DNA of 64,000 nt from Oscillospiraceae bacterium (GCA_015066085.1 SVPA01000008.1:448-64447), one strand, 5' to 3'; numbered from the stretch's first letter, positions 21,600 to 29,319 are shown. Notes: a model not told the origin generated them from the letters alone. Numbers and translations are program-made.

Positions 21600-23267
21600 T
21601 TACTCAATAGCAACAAAGTAGTCATAAAGCGGTTGACCGCCCTCATATACCGTAACTTCGCAGTCGGGATAATTTTCACTAATGGCGTTTGTCAAAGCAA
21701 CACGCCTTTCGGCAGAAACATCTTTACCGCAAAAAAGAGTAATGATTTCGCAAAAATCCGTGTCAGATTTTTCAAGGAGTTCAAGTAAAGCATCTTCAGC
21801 AGTCTTCGCTACGGCAGAAATTTTGCCCCCGCTTATTGCCATAAAATCGCCTTTCTTTATTGATACACCGTCAATATTAGCGTCTCTTACCGCTTTAGTA
21901 ATTTCTCCGTCTATAACGCTGTTTGCTGCCCGTGTTGCGCTCTGTTTGATAGACTCAGTGTTGGTAATACCCGGAGTGATTACCGAAAGAGCGCTGAACC
22001 CTTGCATAAGATTCTTGGTCTCAATAATATGAACCTTTGCCTCACTAAAAAGTTCAGCCGACTGTTTTGCGGCAAGAAGAATGTTTTTATTGTTAGGAAG
22101 AACAATTATATTATCGCTGTTACACTTTTTAAATGCGTCAATAAATTCTCTTGTAGAGGGGTTAGCCGTCTGACCACCCTCGATAATAATATCTGCCCCC
22201 ATATCAGTAAAAAGGGAAGACATACCCTCTCCGTTTGCTACCGCAACGACACAAAAAGGTTTTTTATCGGCGGTTTTAGTTTTTTCTTCGCCCGAATGGC
22301 TTACTGACATGTTTTCAATTTTTACGGTAAGAAATTCGCCGAAAGACTGAACTTTAGAAAGAATATCGCCGGGCGTAAAGGTGTGAACATGAACCTTAAC
22401 AATATCATCCTGCTTGTATGCGACAATGCTTTCCCCGCCGAGTTCGTTTAGCATATCAAGAACTCTGCTAACCTCAAAATTGTCGGGGTCAACCTTGTCG
22501 GTGGTTAGCCTTAAAAGGAACTCGGTACAGTAGCCGAATTCAAGTTTGCTATCCCTTGTAAACGAGTCAATGTTTACCTGTGCGGTTTCGTTTTTATCTA
22601 TAGTAGAAGAATATTCCGGAATCTCTTCGCCCGTTAAAACCGAAAGCATTCCTTCGGCAACGCAAAGATAACCCGCCGCCCCCGAGTCTACAACATCTGC
22701 CTGTGCAAGCACGGGTAGAATTTCTTTTGTCTGCTCAAGAGAGCGACGTGCCTGTTCAACGTGACTTTTAAAGAAATCTTCAAAAGAGGAGTTGTCACTG
22801 AGTAGGGAAGAAGCGTATTCCGTGCTTTCTCTGAAAACTGTAAGAATAGTTCCTTCGGTTGGGTTTTGAACAGCAGAGTAGGATTTTTGAATACCGCTTT
22901 GGTATGCCTTTGCGAATTCGTTTACTCTTACAAAACCATAATCTTTAAGACCTTCGTTTATTCCGGCAAAAATCTGCGAAAGAATAACTCCCGAATTACC
23001 TCTTGCGGAAAGAAGAACGCCTTTTGCAAAGTTTTTGGAAATTTCGCTTATGTTGTCGGTTTCACTACTTAAGGTCTTAATACCGCCGTCAAAGGTTTTT
23101 GCCATATTAGTTCCGGTATCTCCATCAGGAACTGGAAAAACATTAAGTTGATTAAGCCTTTCAATATTTGCCGCAAGTCTTGAAGCACCGCCAATAAGCA
23201 TTTTTGCAAACAAAACGCCGTCAAGCGTTTGTGTGCTTTTGGTATCACGCTCACAGTCTTTATTCAT
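21600..23267 (-). CDS. fakA: Fatty acid kinase catalytic subunit (DAK2/DhaL domain protein, YloV/FakA family)
   Basis: DhaL motifs FPVPDGDTGTNM and ARGNSGVILSQ. At 555 aa, with a C-terminal FakA-type domain. RBS ggagag. Confidence 0.85.
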   Translation of the reverse strand: MNKDCERDTKSTQTLDGVLFAKMLIGGASRLAANIERLNQLNVFPVPDGDTGTNMAKTFDGGIKTLSSETDNISEISKNFAKGVLLSARGNSGVILSQIFAGINEGLKDYGFVRVNEFAKAYQSGIQKSYSAVQNPTEGTILTVFRESTEYASSLLSDNSSFEDFFKSHVEQARRSLEQTKEILPVLAQADVVDSGAAGYLCVAEGMLSVLTGEEIPEYSSTIDKNETAQVNIDSFTRDSKLEFGYCTEFLLRLTTDKVDPDNFEVSRVLDMLNELGGESIVAYKQDDIVKVHVHTFTPGDILSKVQSFGEFLTVKIENMSVSHSGEEKTKTADKKPFCVVAVANGEGMSSLFTDMGADIIIEGGQTANPSTREFIDAFKKCNSDNIIVLPNNKNILLAAKQSAELFSEAKVHIIETKNLMQGFSALSVITPGITNTESIKQSATRAANSVIDGEITKAVRDANIDGVSIKKGDFMAISGGKISAVAKTAEDALLELLEKSDTDFCEIITLFCGKDVSAERRVALTNAISENYPDCEVTVYEGGQPLYDYFVAIE

Positions 23268-23348
23268 ATCAGTCTCTCCTCAAACTAAAAATGAAAGTTT
23301 ATCTACTAAAATTTAACATAAAAACCTAAACTGAAAAGAAACTTTGTC

Positions 23349-23392
23349 GAAAAAAGTAAAAGAGAGTCGGAATTTGTTATTCCGACTCTCTT
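23349..23392 (-). terminator. Rho-independent terminator after the histidine kinase gene
   Basis: Stem agagagtcggaat / attccgactctct, followed on the minus strand by TTTACTTTTTTC. It separates the two-component operon from the fakA operon. Confidence 0.8.
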
Positions 23393-23396
23393 TGTA

Positions 23397-24479
23397 TTAT
23401 TGTGTCTTTGGAAGAAAAACGGTAAATTCGGTTACTGAGTTTGATGATTCAACCGAAATTTCTCCGCCGTGAAGTTCAATAATCTTTTTAACAATAGCAA
23501 GTCCTATGCCGTTTCCCTCGCTGCTATGCGAGGTATCGGCTTGATAGAATTTGTTAAATATCTTTTTAAGTTCATCGTCTTCAATGTAACTTCCGCTGTT
23601 TATAACCGAAACCGAAAGAAGATTTTCTTTTTCAATTATTTTAATTTCAACCTGTGCACCGTTTGGTGAAAATTTAATAGCGTTGTCGATAAGATTTATC
23701 CAAATCTGTTTTAAAAGTTCTTCGTTTGCCTCAATTTCAACCTCTCCAACATCAAGGTTAAGTATAGTGTTTTTCTTAACCCACTTGTTTTCAAGCAGTA
23801 ATACCGCCCCTCTGATTTGTTCGGATAGATTAAACTTTGAAACATCGGTAAGAATCAACTGATTTTCAACCTTTGTAAGATTAAGAACATTATTTGCCAT
23901 TTCGGCAAGTCTTAGTGACTCTTCTTCAATAATATCGATATATTCGCTTTTTTGTTCTTCGGTAAGATTTCCCCGCTTAATAAGTTTTGCAAAACCCGCA
24001 ATAGAAACAATAGGAGTTTTGAATTCGTGCGAGAAGTTATTGATAAAATCAGTCCTGAGCATCTCAACCCCTTCAAGTTCCTCTGCCATCGTATTAAAAC
24101 TGTCAATAACATCTTTTACTGCAGGGTGGGAGTCCATTCTCTTGCCAAATTGAACTCTTGCCTTGTAGTCTCCTGCGGCAAGTCGGTTAATCTGACCAAT
24201 TAGAACGGTAAAAGGTTTAAGCGGATATTTAACCGTTAAAAAAGCAACCGAAAAACCAATAACCAAACTGCTTATTGCCATAAATATTAGAAGTTCCGTA
24301 AGGTCGGGCATACTTGGAAGACCAAAATCAATCCAGCCAACCGAAGAAAAAACATAGGCAAGAATTGTTGCAATTACAATAGAAATTGCTTGAATAATAA
24401 AGATTGCCAAGGAAAAATAAACGGTCATTGAAAGGCGGAGTTTTCTGGAGGATTTGGGTTTAAGGTTTATTATTTTCAT
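23397..24479 (-). CDS. Sensor histidine kinase (two TM segments, HAMP, HisKA, HATPase_c)
   Basis: H-box FSHEFKTPI, N-box LIDNAIKFS, G-box GNGIGLAIVKKI. 4-nt overlap with the response regulator gene. Confidence 0.9.
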   Translation of the reverse strand: MKIINLKPKSSRKLRLSMTVYFSLAIFIIQAISIVIATILAYVFSSVGWIDFGLPSMPDLTELLIFMAISSLVIGFSVAFLTVKYPLKPFTVLIGQINRLAAGDYKARVQFGKRMDSHPAVKDVIDSFNTMAEELEGVEMLRTDFINNFSHEFKTPIVSIAGFAKLIKRGNLTEEQKSEYIDIIEEESLRLAEMANNVLNLTKVENQLILTDVSKFNLSEQIRGAVLLLENKWVKKNTILNLDVGEVEIEANEELLKQIWINLIDNAIKFSPNGAQVEIKIIEKENLLSVSVINSGSYIEDDELKKIFNKFYQADTSHSSEGNGIGLAIVKKIIELHGGEISVESSNSVTEFTVFLPKTQ

Positions 24480-25150
24480 ATTTTCTTTACCGCCTTATAG
24501 CCCAGTCCGCGAACAGATTCAATTGAAAACTCCTCAAAATGTTCAAACCTTTTGCGAAGTCTGCCTATATGCACTGTAACCGTTTCCCAACCCGTGTTAC
24601 TGTCTGCCCCCCAAATTTCGTCCATAAGTTGAATTCTGGTAAATATTTTTCCGGGGTAGGATAGAAGTTTATATAAAAGCAAAAACTCTTTTTGCGGAAG
24701 TTCCTGAACCTCGCTGCCTCTTGATACTGTAAGGGTATCAAAGTCAATAACAACCTCGCCAACAACAATTTTGCGTTCGTTGGCAATTCTGGCTCTGCGA
24801 AGAAGCGCCTTAATACGAAGCAGGAGTTCGTCCTGGTCAATCGGCTTGGTCATATAATCGTCTGTTCCTACTAAAAAGCCTTGCTTTTTGTCGTCGGGTT
24901 GCTGTTTTGCCGAAACCATAAGTATAGGCAAAAACTCATCCGACTTGCGAAGTGTTTTTGTTAACTCGTATCCGTCCATTTTCGGCATCATAATATCGAG
25001 AACGACCAAATCAATGTGTTCTTTGTCAATTACCTCAAGAGCCAAAATGCCGTTTTCTGCGGTAAATACAGTATATTTTTCATTTTCAAGAACAGCCTTT
25101 ATTAGTGTTCGGGTGTTTCTGTCATCTTCAACAACAAGAATATTGAACAT
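24476..25150 (-). CDS. OmpR/PhoB-family response regulator
   Basis: Receiver domain (ILVVEDD, DLVVLDIMMPKMDG, SAK) plus a winged-helix trans_reg_C domain (LL..P.K.F.R..L......G.......TV.VHI.RLRKK). Confidence 0.92.
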   Translation of the reverse strand: MFNILVVEDDRNTRTLIKAVLENEKYTVFTAENGILALEVIDKEHIDLVVLDIMMPKMDGYELTKTLRKSDEFLPILMVSAKQQPDDKKQGFLVGTDDYMTKPIDQDELLLRIKALLRRARIANERKIVVGEVVIDFDTLTVSRGSEVQELPQKEFLLLYKLLSYPGKIFTRIQLMDEIWGADSNTGWETVTVHIGRLRKRFEHFEEFSIESVRGLGYKAVKKI

Positions 25151-25190
25151 AAGCCATCTCCTTTTGAAAATTGCAGTTTTTTACATTATA

Positions 25191-25847
25191 TCACTTTCGC
25201 TTTGAAAGGGCAAGTATATAGCGGTAAAGACAAACAAGACCCGTGCCAAGAAGAACACCGACTACAATATCGGAAAACCAATGAACTCCCGAAATAAATC
25301 TTCCAACAACCATAAAAACTGTGAATATAAGGGTTAAGACTACTGTAAATCTCTTCAAAAAAATGTTTTTTATTCGGGTTTTAAACTGCATTAAAGCGGT
25401 AGGCATAATTGATAAAACAAGCAGAGTTGTTGAGGATGGATACGACGCCTCCAAAACCCCGTCTATTAGTGTTGGTCTGTGGTTCACAATAACTGTATCA
25501 AAGAATAAATACAATGCAACCGTAATAATGTACAATCCACCAAGGACGAGAATGCTGTAATCAACCTTTAAAATGCTTTTCCTTTTTATCATCTGATAAA
25601 GACCTAATAATCCAAAACAAAAGGCAACAAACAGCAGAACAATTGAAAGCAGGTCGGTAATATAATAAAGTCCCCAATTTACGCCTGTAAGCCTAAAAAC
25701 AAAACCGTTAAGTGCTGAAAAACCAACCATTGACCCGCCCGGCCCAATGGGTTCGGTGTCAACGGTGCTGATAAGCACTGTCCAAACCGCAAAACCTAAA
25801 AGCAAAGCAACCGGTAAAATCAACCCTTTTTTATTCGTTTTTTTCAA
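25191..25847 (-). CDS. PAP2-superfamily membrane phosphatase (lipid/undecaprenyl-PP phosphatase-like)
   Basis: Multi-TM protein with PAP2-like motifs VNHRP, SYPSSTT and GRFISGVHWFSD. TTG start after agggagg. First gene of the PAP2-RR-HK operon. Confidence 0.7.
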   Translation of the reverse strand: MKKTNKKGLILPVALLLGFAVWTVLISTVDTEPIGPGGSMVGFSALNGFVFRLTGVNWGLYYITDLLSIVLLFVAFCFGLLGLYQMIKRKSILKVDYSILVLGGLYIITVALYLFFDTVIVNHRPTLIDGVLEASYPSSTTLLVLSIMPTALMQFKTRIKNIFLKRFTVVLTLIFTVFMVVGRFISGVHWFSDIVVGVLLGTGLVCLYRYILALSKRK

Positions 25848-25942
25848 AGAAAAAACCTCCCTTTTTAAATTCGGTAAAAACCTGAATCTATTCTAAAGGA
25901 AGGTCAATTTTTTTCAAGAAACCCGTTGTCACAATCGTGACA

Positions 25943-26296
25943 CTAATCGTGTCTTATAACTAAAAATACCTTTATAACAAAGAAAATTATAAGAAATATT
26001 GTTGCATAAGGCTGTAAACTCAAAACAAGAAGAATAACGGCCAGAATATTTAGTATAAGTGATATTTTTCGTTTAATTCTGTTCCAAAAAAGACAGGAAA
26101 CCTGCTGTAATGCGAGGGTTAAGACCCCGAAAATGACGAGAGAAATAATTAAAATATAATACGAGATAATAAGGTAGGGAGAAACTGCGGTTAAATCAAT
26201 TAGCGAAACGGCTAAACTCACTCCGGCTACTCTTTGCGCAAAGAAAGGTAAAAAGAAAAGTAAAAGGGAAGAAATATCTAAAATTCCAAACATCAA
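25943..26296 (-). CDS. Small polytopic membrane protein (about 4 TM), unknown function
   Basis: 117 aa, almost entirely hydrophobic segments. 4-nt overlap with the upstream XRE gene. AT-rich by eye. Confidence 0.5.
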   Translation of the reverse strand: MMFGILDISSLLLFFLPFFAQRVAGVSLAVSLIDLTAVSPYLIISYYILIISLVIFGVLTLALQQVSCLFWNRIKRKISLILNILAVILLVLSLQPYATIFLIIFFVIKVFLVIRHD

Positions 26297-26538
26297 ATCG
26301 CAAATTTTGTTTTGCGGTCCTGTTCAGCAATTGTAATGAGTTCGTCTCCGGAAAGAAGTTGGTCAATTGTTACCGAAAACAACTTTGAAATTGCTTTAAG
26401 AGATTCCAAACTTGGAAGTCCTTTGCCAAGTTCCCACTTTGAAACCGCCGTTCTTGAAACATAAAGAGCGTTAGCAAGTTCTTCTTGTGTAAGCCCTTTT
26501 TGACGGCGCAGTTCCTGTAATTTTTCATTAAACTCCAT
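26293..26538 (-). CDS. XRE-family helix-turn-helix transcriptional regulator
   Basis: MEFNEKLQELRRQKGLTQEELANALYVSRTAVSKWELGKGLPSLESL is a classic HTH_3 domain. I placed the start at the ATG at 26538; the ORF-track TTG start at 26562 would overlap the upstream gene. Confidence 0.85.
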   Translation of the reverse strand: MEFNEKLQELRRQKGLTQEELANALYVSRTAVSKWELGKGLPSLESLKAISKLFSVTIDQLLSGDELITIAEQDRKTKFAI

Positions 26539-26551
26539 AACAAAACTCTCT

Positions 26552-27076
26552 TTACAAATCAAAATTTATCTCATATTTTTCGTCTATAAGAATATAGTGA
26601 ACGTTATTTTCCTTGGATAGTTTTAGTGCTTCCTGATTGTCTTTTAATACATTTTCTAATGTAAAATATTCATCATCAATACGACTTTCTATAATGTTTG
26701 CATATCTCTTAATATCATCAAAATGATTTTTTATATATTTTTCACTCATTATAAGACAACAGTATTTAATATTATTAAGATATTCCTCTGTAAAGTCCTT
26801 CTCCCAGTCAAACGGAATATAACAGCCTTCAATAATTAAATTCTGCTTATTTTCAACGGCAGTTTTAATAATTTCACAAACGATGGGCCATAAATATTCA
26901 GTCAGGTCATTATCATTGCTTAGCGGTGTAAGTGTTGTCTGTTTACTGCGGATAAGACCCATTTTTAAATGGTCTATCGATAAATACGGATATTTATATC
27001 TTTGAAGCAGTTTCTGTGCCAACGCAGTTTTCCCAACATGCGACGCTCCTGTAATTAAAACAACCATTACCCTCAT
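26552..27076 (-). CDS. Small P-loop NTPase/kinase-like protein (adenylate/2-phosphoglycerate kinase-like), unknown function
   Basis: Walker A ITGASHVGKT close to the N-terminus, 174 aa, markedly AT-rich by eye. The alternative start at 27067 (MVVLITG) has better RBS spacing. Confidence 0.55.
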   Translation of the reverse strand: MRVMVVLITGASHVGKTALAQKLLQRYKYPYLSIDHLKMGLIRSKQTTLTPLSNDNDLTEYLWPIVCEIIKTAVENKQNLIIEGCYIPFDWEKDFTEEYLNNIKYCCLIMSEKYIKNHFDDIKRYANIIESRIDDEYFTLENVLKDNQEALKLSKENNVHYILIDEKYEINFDL

Positions 27077-27097
27077 TCCTTTTTCGTTTGTATTTAA

Positions 27098-27126
27098 ATT
27101 ATATCATAAATTGTTTTTATAATCAA
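27098..27126 (-). promoter_or_regulatory. Sigma-A promoter for the P-loop/XRE/membrane module (TTGATT-17-TATAAT, TGn extended -10)
   Basis: Minus strand reads ttgatt ataaaaacaatttatga tataat. The -35 is at 27126-27121 and the -10 at 27103-27098. Confidence 0.6.
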
Positions 27127-27138
27127 TAAAAACACCTT

Positions 27139-27231
27139 ACCCTCTCGGGTTCGACTCTCCATTCAAAAAAGCAAAAAAGAGCAGATACCTTGCGGTATTG
27201 CTCCTTTTCTATTTGGTGGAGGCGAGGGGAG
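27139..27231 (-). repeat. Distal copy of the tmRNA 3'-end/terminator/flank unit (unit 1)
   Basis: Holds a perfect 21-mer, atttggtggaggcgaggggag (27211-27231), identical to 27420-27440. It also has its own terminator hairpin (27165-27205) and the T-arm-like segment accctctcgggttcgactctcca (27139-27161), which matches accctcacgggttcgactccca at 27345-27366. Confidence 0.8.
27165..27205 (-). terminator. Rho-independent terminator following the duplicated tmRNA 3'-end fragment
   Basis: Minus strand reads gagcaatacc gcaa ggtatctgctc followed by TTTTTTGCTTTTTT. Confidence 0.7.
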
Positions 27232-27344
27232 CGACCGTATGCTTCGCATACTGTTGGCTTGTCGACCGTTGGCTTTGCCAACAGTACCCGCCTTCGCCGC
27301 TTTGCCTAAAAAACAGTGTCACACACTGTTTTCCTAAACGGCAA

Positions 27345-27440
27345 ACCCTCACGGGTTCGACTCCCAATTTTCAGTCAAAACAACAAAACACCCCACTCTT
27401 TCGAGTGAGGCGCTTTGTTATTTGGTGGAGGCGAGGGGAG
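27345..27440 (-). repeat. Proximal copy of the same unit (unit 2), whose 21-mer is the genuine tmRNA 3' end
   Basis: Same order of elements as unit 1: a T-arm-like 22-mer, an A/T-rich spacer, a terminator hairpin, then atttggtggaggcgaggggag. It is offset by about 206-209 nt from unit 1. Confidence 0.8.
27377..27410 (-). terminator. Rho-independent terminator of ssrA
   Basis: Minus strand reads cctcactc gaaa gagtgggg followed by TGTTTTGTTGTTTT, starting 12 nt after the CCA end. Confidence 0.75.
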
Positions 27441-27769
27441 TCGAACCCCTGTCCGAAAGCCAATCCCAATCAGCATCTCCGAGCGCAGACGGTCATTAAC
27501 ATTCCCTTACACAAAAGCAGGCCGTCACGCTTTTGTGCTTAGTAGCCGAAACTGCATGACAAGGCTATCGGCATTACCTTGTTCACGTTCACCGCTAATC
27601 GACGCCCTCGCCGGTCCGCGGTATTACCGGGTCGGACGGCTGCTTAATTAAGCAGCAAGAGCAACTTTAGAGTTGTTGTTTAATTTTATAATTTGCGGCT
27701 TTTAAAGAGGTACCGCACCTCTGCTCGCTTCCAATTGTTCAAAGCCCCCGTCGAAACCTTTACGCCCCC
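27423..27769 (-). ncRNA. ssrA: Transfer-messenger RNA (tmRNA)
   Basis: The 5' end GGGGGCGTAAAGGTTTCGACGGGG pairs with the 3' end CGCCTCCACCA, giving a G3:U wobble in the acceptor stem. T-arm GGGGTTCGACTCCCC and encoded CCA are present. The internal tag frame ends ...AAC AAC AAC TCT AAA GTT GCT CTT GCT GCT TAA (NNNSKVALAA-stop). It lies 9 nt downstream of smpB. I could not assign the resume codon. Confidence 0.92.
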
Positions 27770-27777
27770 ATGTATAA

Positions 27778-28242
27778 TTAGCGATTTTGTTCTTTTAGTG
27801 CACGCTGCATATCTCGGTTTGCAGATTTTTCGGCGGCAACTGCGCGCTTGTCATATAGTTTTTTACCCTTGCAAAGTCCAAGTTGAACCTTAACAAGAGA
27901 GCCCTTAAAGTAAAGAGATAACGGAACAAGAGCAAGACCTTGCTGTTTTACTAAACCAAAAAGTCTCATAATTTCTTTTTTGTGAAGAAGAAGTCTTCTT
28001 ACTCTCATAGGGTCTTTGTTAAAAATATTCCCGTGTTCATAAGGAGATATGTGCATCTGTTTAATGAACATCTGACCGTCATCAACACTGCACCAAGCAT
28101 CTTTCAGATTAACGCCTCCTTGACGGATAGACTTAATTTCAGTTCCGGTAAGTTCAATTCCTGCCTCAAAACTTTCAATAACAAAATACTCATGGTAAGC
28201 ATTTTTGTTAGTAGTAATCGTTTTTGTGTTCTCCATCTGCAC
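27778..28242 (-). CDS. smpB: SsrA-binding protein
   Basis: N.KA.H.Y.....[21 protein letters not shown] and LVPL.LYFK....K..LGL.KGKK motifs. Confidence 0.95.
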   Translation of the reverse strand: MQMENTKTITTNKNAYHEYFVIESFEAGIELTGTEIKSIRQGGVNLKDAWCSVDDGQMFIKQMHISPYEHGNIFNKDPMRVRRLLLHKKEIMRLFGLVKQQGLALVPLSLYFKGSLVKVQLGLCKGKKLYDKRAVAAEKSANRDMQRALKEQNR

Positions 28243-28302
28243 ACCTCCTTTTAGCCTATTGAGTATAACATATTACAAAATTCATATCAAGTGAATTTTG
28301 TC

Positions 28303-28343
28303 GAAAAATAAAGCACCTCGCAGGAACTACCCGAGAGATGCTT
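28303..28343 (-). terminator. Rho-independent terminator after the 155-aa coiled-coil gene
   Basis: Minus strand reads aaagcatctc ... gaggtgcttt (one G:U pair) followed by ATTTTTC. Confidence 0.55.
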
Positions 28344-28353
28344 TAAAGGAAAA

Positions 28354-28821
28354 CTATTCGTCCTTTGCAGGAGCAGAAGGTACTGCTTGCTTAAGAGCAG
28401 CACGGGTTTTTCTTACCTCACCAAGATTAGCGGTAAGGCCTTCATCGGCTCTGCGCATAATGTCATCAACAAAGTCCTGTGCAGCCTTTCTCATTTGGCG
28501 GCTCTTAGACTGAGCAGTAGTAATGATTTCGCTTGCCTTTTCCTGAGCAAGTTTGGTAATCTCTTCTTGAGTAACCATAGCCTTTGCTCTTTCTTCTGCC
28601 GAACGGATAATTCCGTCAGCCTCTCTTTTTGCGTTAGTGATGATATCGGTGCGGTCTGCTACGATACCACGAGCCTGTTTAATCTCGCCGGGGATGTTAA
28701 GACGAATGTCATCAATAAGAGCGCGGAGTTTTTCTACGTCAACAACGGTCTTCTTTCCGGGAAGTTTCATACCTCCTTCAAGCACTTCGTCAAACTGTTC
28801 GAGTAAATCTTCAATAGACAT
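28354..28821 (-). CDS. Coiled-coil protein resembling ATP-synthase b / V-ATPase G-type helices, function unknown
   Basis: 155 aa, charged heptad-like sequence (AKREADGIIRSAEERAKAMV...EKASEIITTAQ). The start lies 3 nt after the coaD stop. Confidence 0.45.
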   Translation of the reverse strand: MSIEDLLEQFDEVLEGGMKLPGKKTVVDVEKLRALIDDIRLNIPGEIKQARGIVADRTDIITNAKREADGIIRSAEERAKAMVTQEEITKLAQEKASEIITTAQSKSRQMRKAAQDFVDDIMRRADEGLTANLGEVRKTRAALKQAVPSAPAKDE

Positions 28822-28824
28822 AGT

Positions 28825-29319
28825 TTAGTCTCCTTTCTTTAATCTTTTTACTATATCGTTATGGATTGCGTGGGGAACAAAGTCCGTGATGTCTCCGCCC
28901 ATACTTGCAATCTGTTTTACCATGCTTGAACTTAAATACATATTCTCAGCACTGGTTGTGAGAAATATAGTTTCGACATCAGGATTAAGTTTTTTATTGG
29001 TAAGCGCCATCTGGAATTCATATTCAAAGTCTGTAACAGCGCGTAAACCCTTAACAATAACATCGGCGTTTTTATTAGCGGCATAGTTTGCAAGCAAGCC
29101 GTCAAAATGGTCAACTTCAACGTTCTCAATATGAGATACCGACTTCTTTATCATTTCGACCCGCTCGTCAATGGTAAAACAGCCACTATTCTTATGAACA
29201 TTAGACATTACCACAACAATGACCTTATTGAACATTTTTGCGCCTCTTGAAATAATATCAAGATGACCAAGCGTTATAGGGTCAAAACTGCCGGGGTAAA
29301 TAGCAACAGTATTTTTCAT
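28825..29319 (-). CDS. coaD: Phosphopantetheine adenylyltransferase
   Basis: YPGSFDPITLGHLDI nucleotidyltransferase motif, 164 aa. Confidence 0.95.
   Translation of the reverse strand: MKNTVAIYPGSFDPITLGHLDIISRGAKMFNKVIVVVMSNVHKNSGCFTIDERVEMIKKSVSHIENVEVDHFDGLLANYAANKNADVIVKGLRAVTDFEYEFQMALTNKKLNPDVETIFLTTSAENMYLSSSMVKQIASMGGDITDFVPHAIHNDIVKRLKKGD

Noticed and set aside
27139-27366. Possible plus-strand tRNA genes or fragments, suggested by the two GGGTTCGACTC T-loop-like motifs
   Set aside because: The flanks cannot form a 5-bp T-stem (ACGGG pairs only 3 bp with CCCAA), and I could not draw an acceptor, D or anticodon arm. I therefore report them only as part of the repeat unit, not as tRNA genes.
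27198-27651. Two plus-strand ORFs (114 aa and 78 aa) in the ORF track
   Set aside because: They run antisense through the tmRNA gene and its duplicated 3'-end region. Their sequences are Arg/Pro/Cys-rich translation noise, with no RBS and no recognisable motif.
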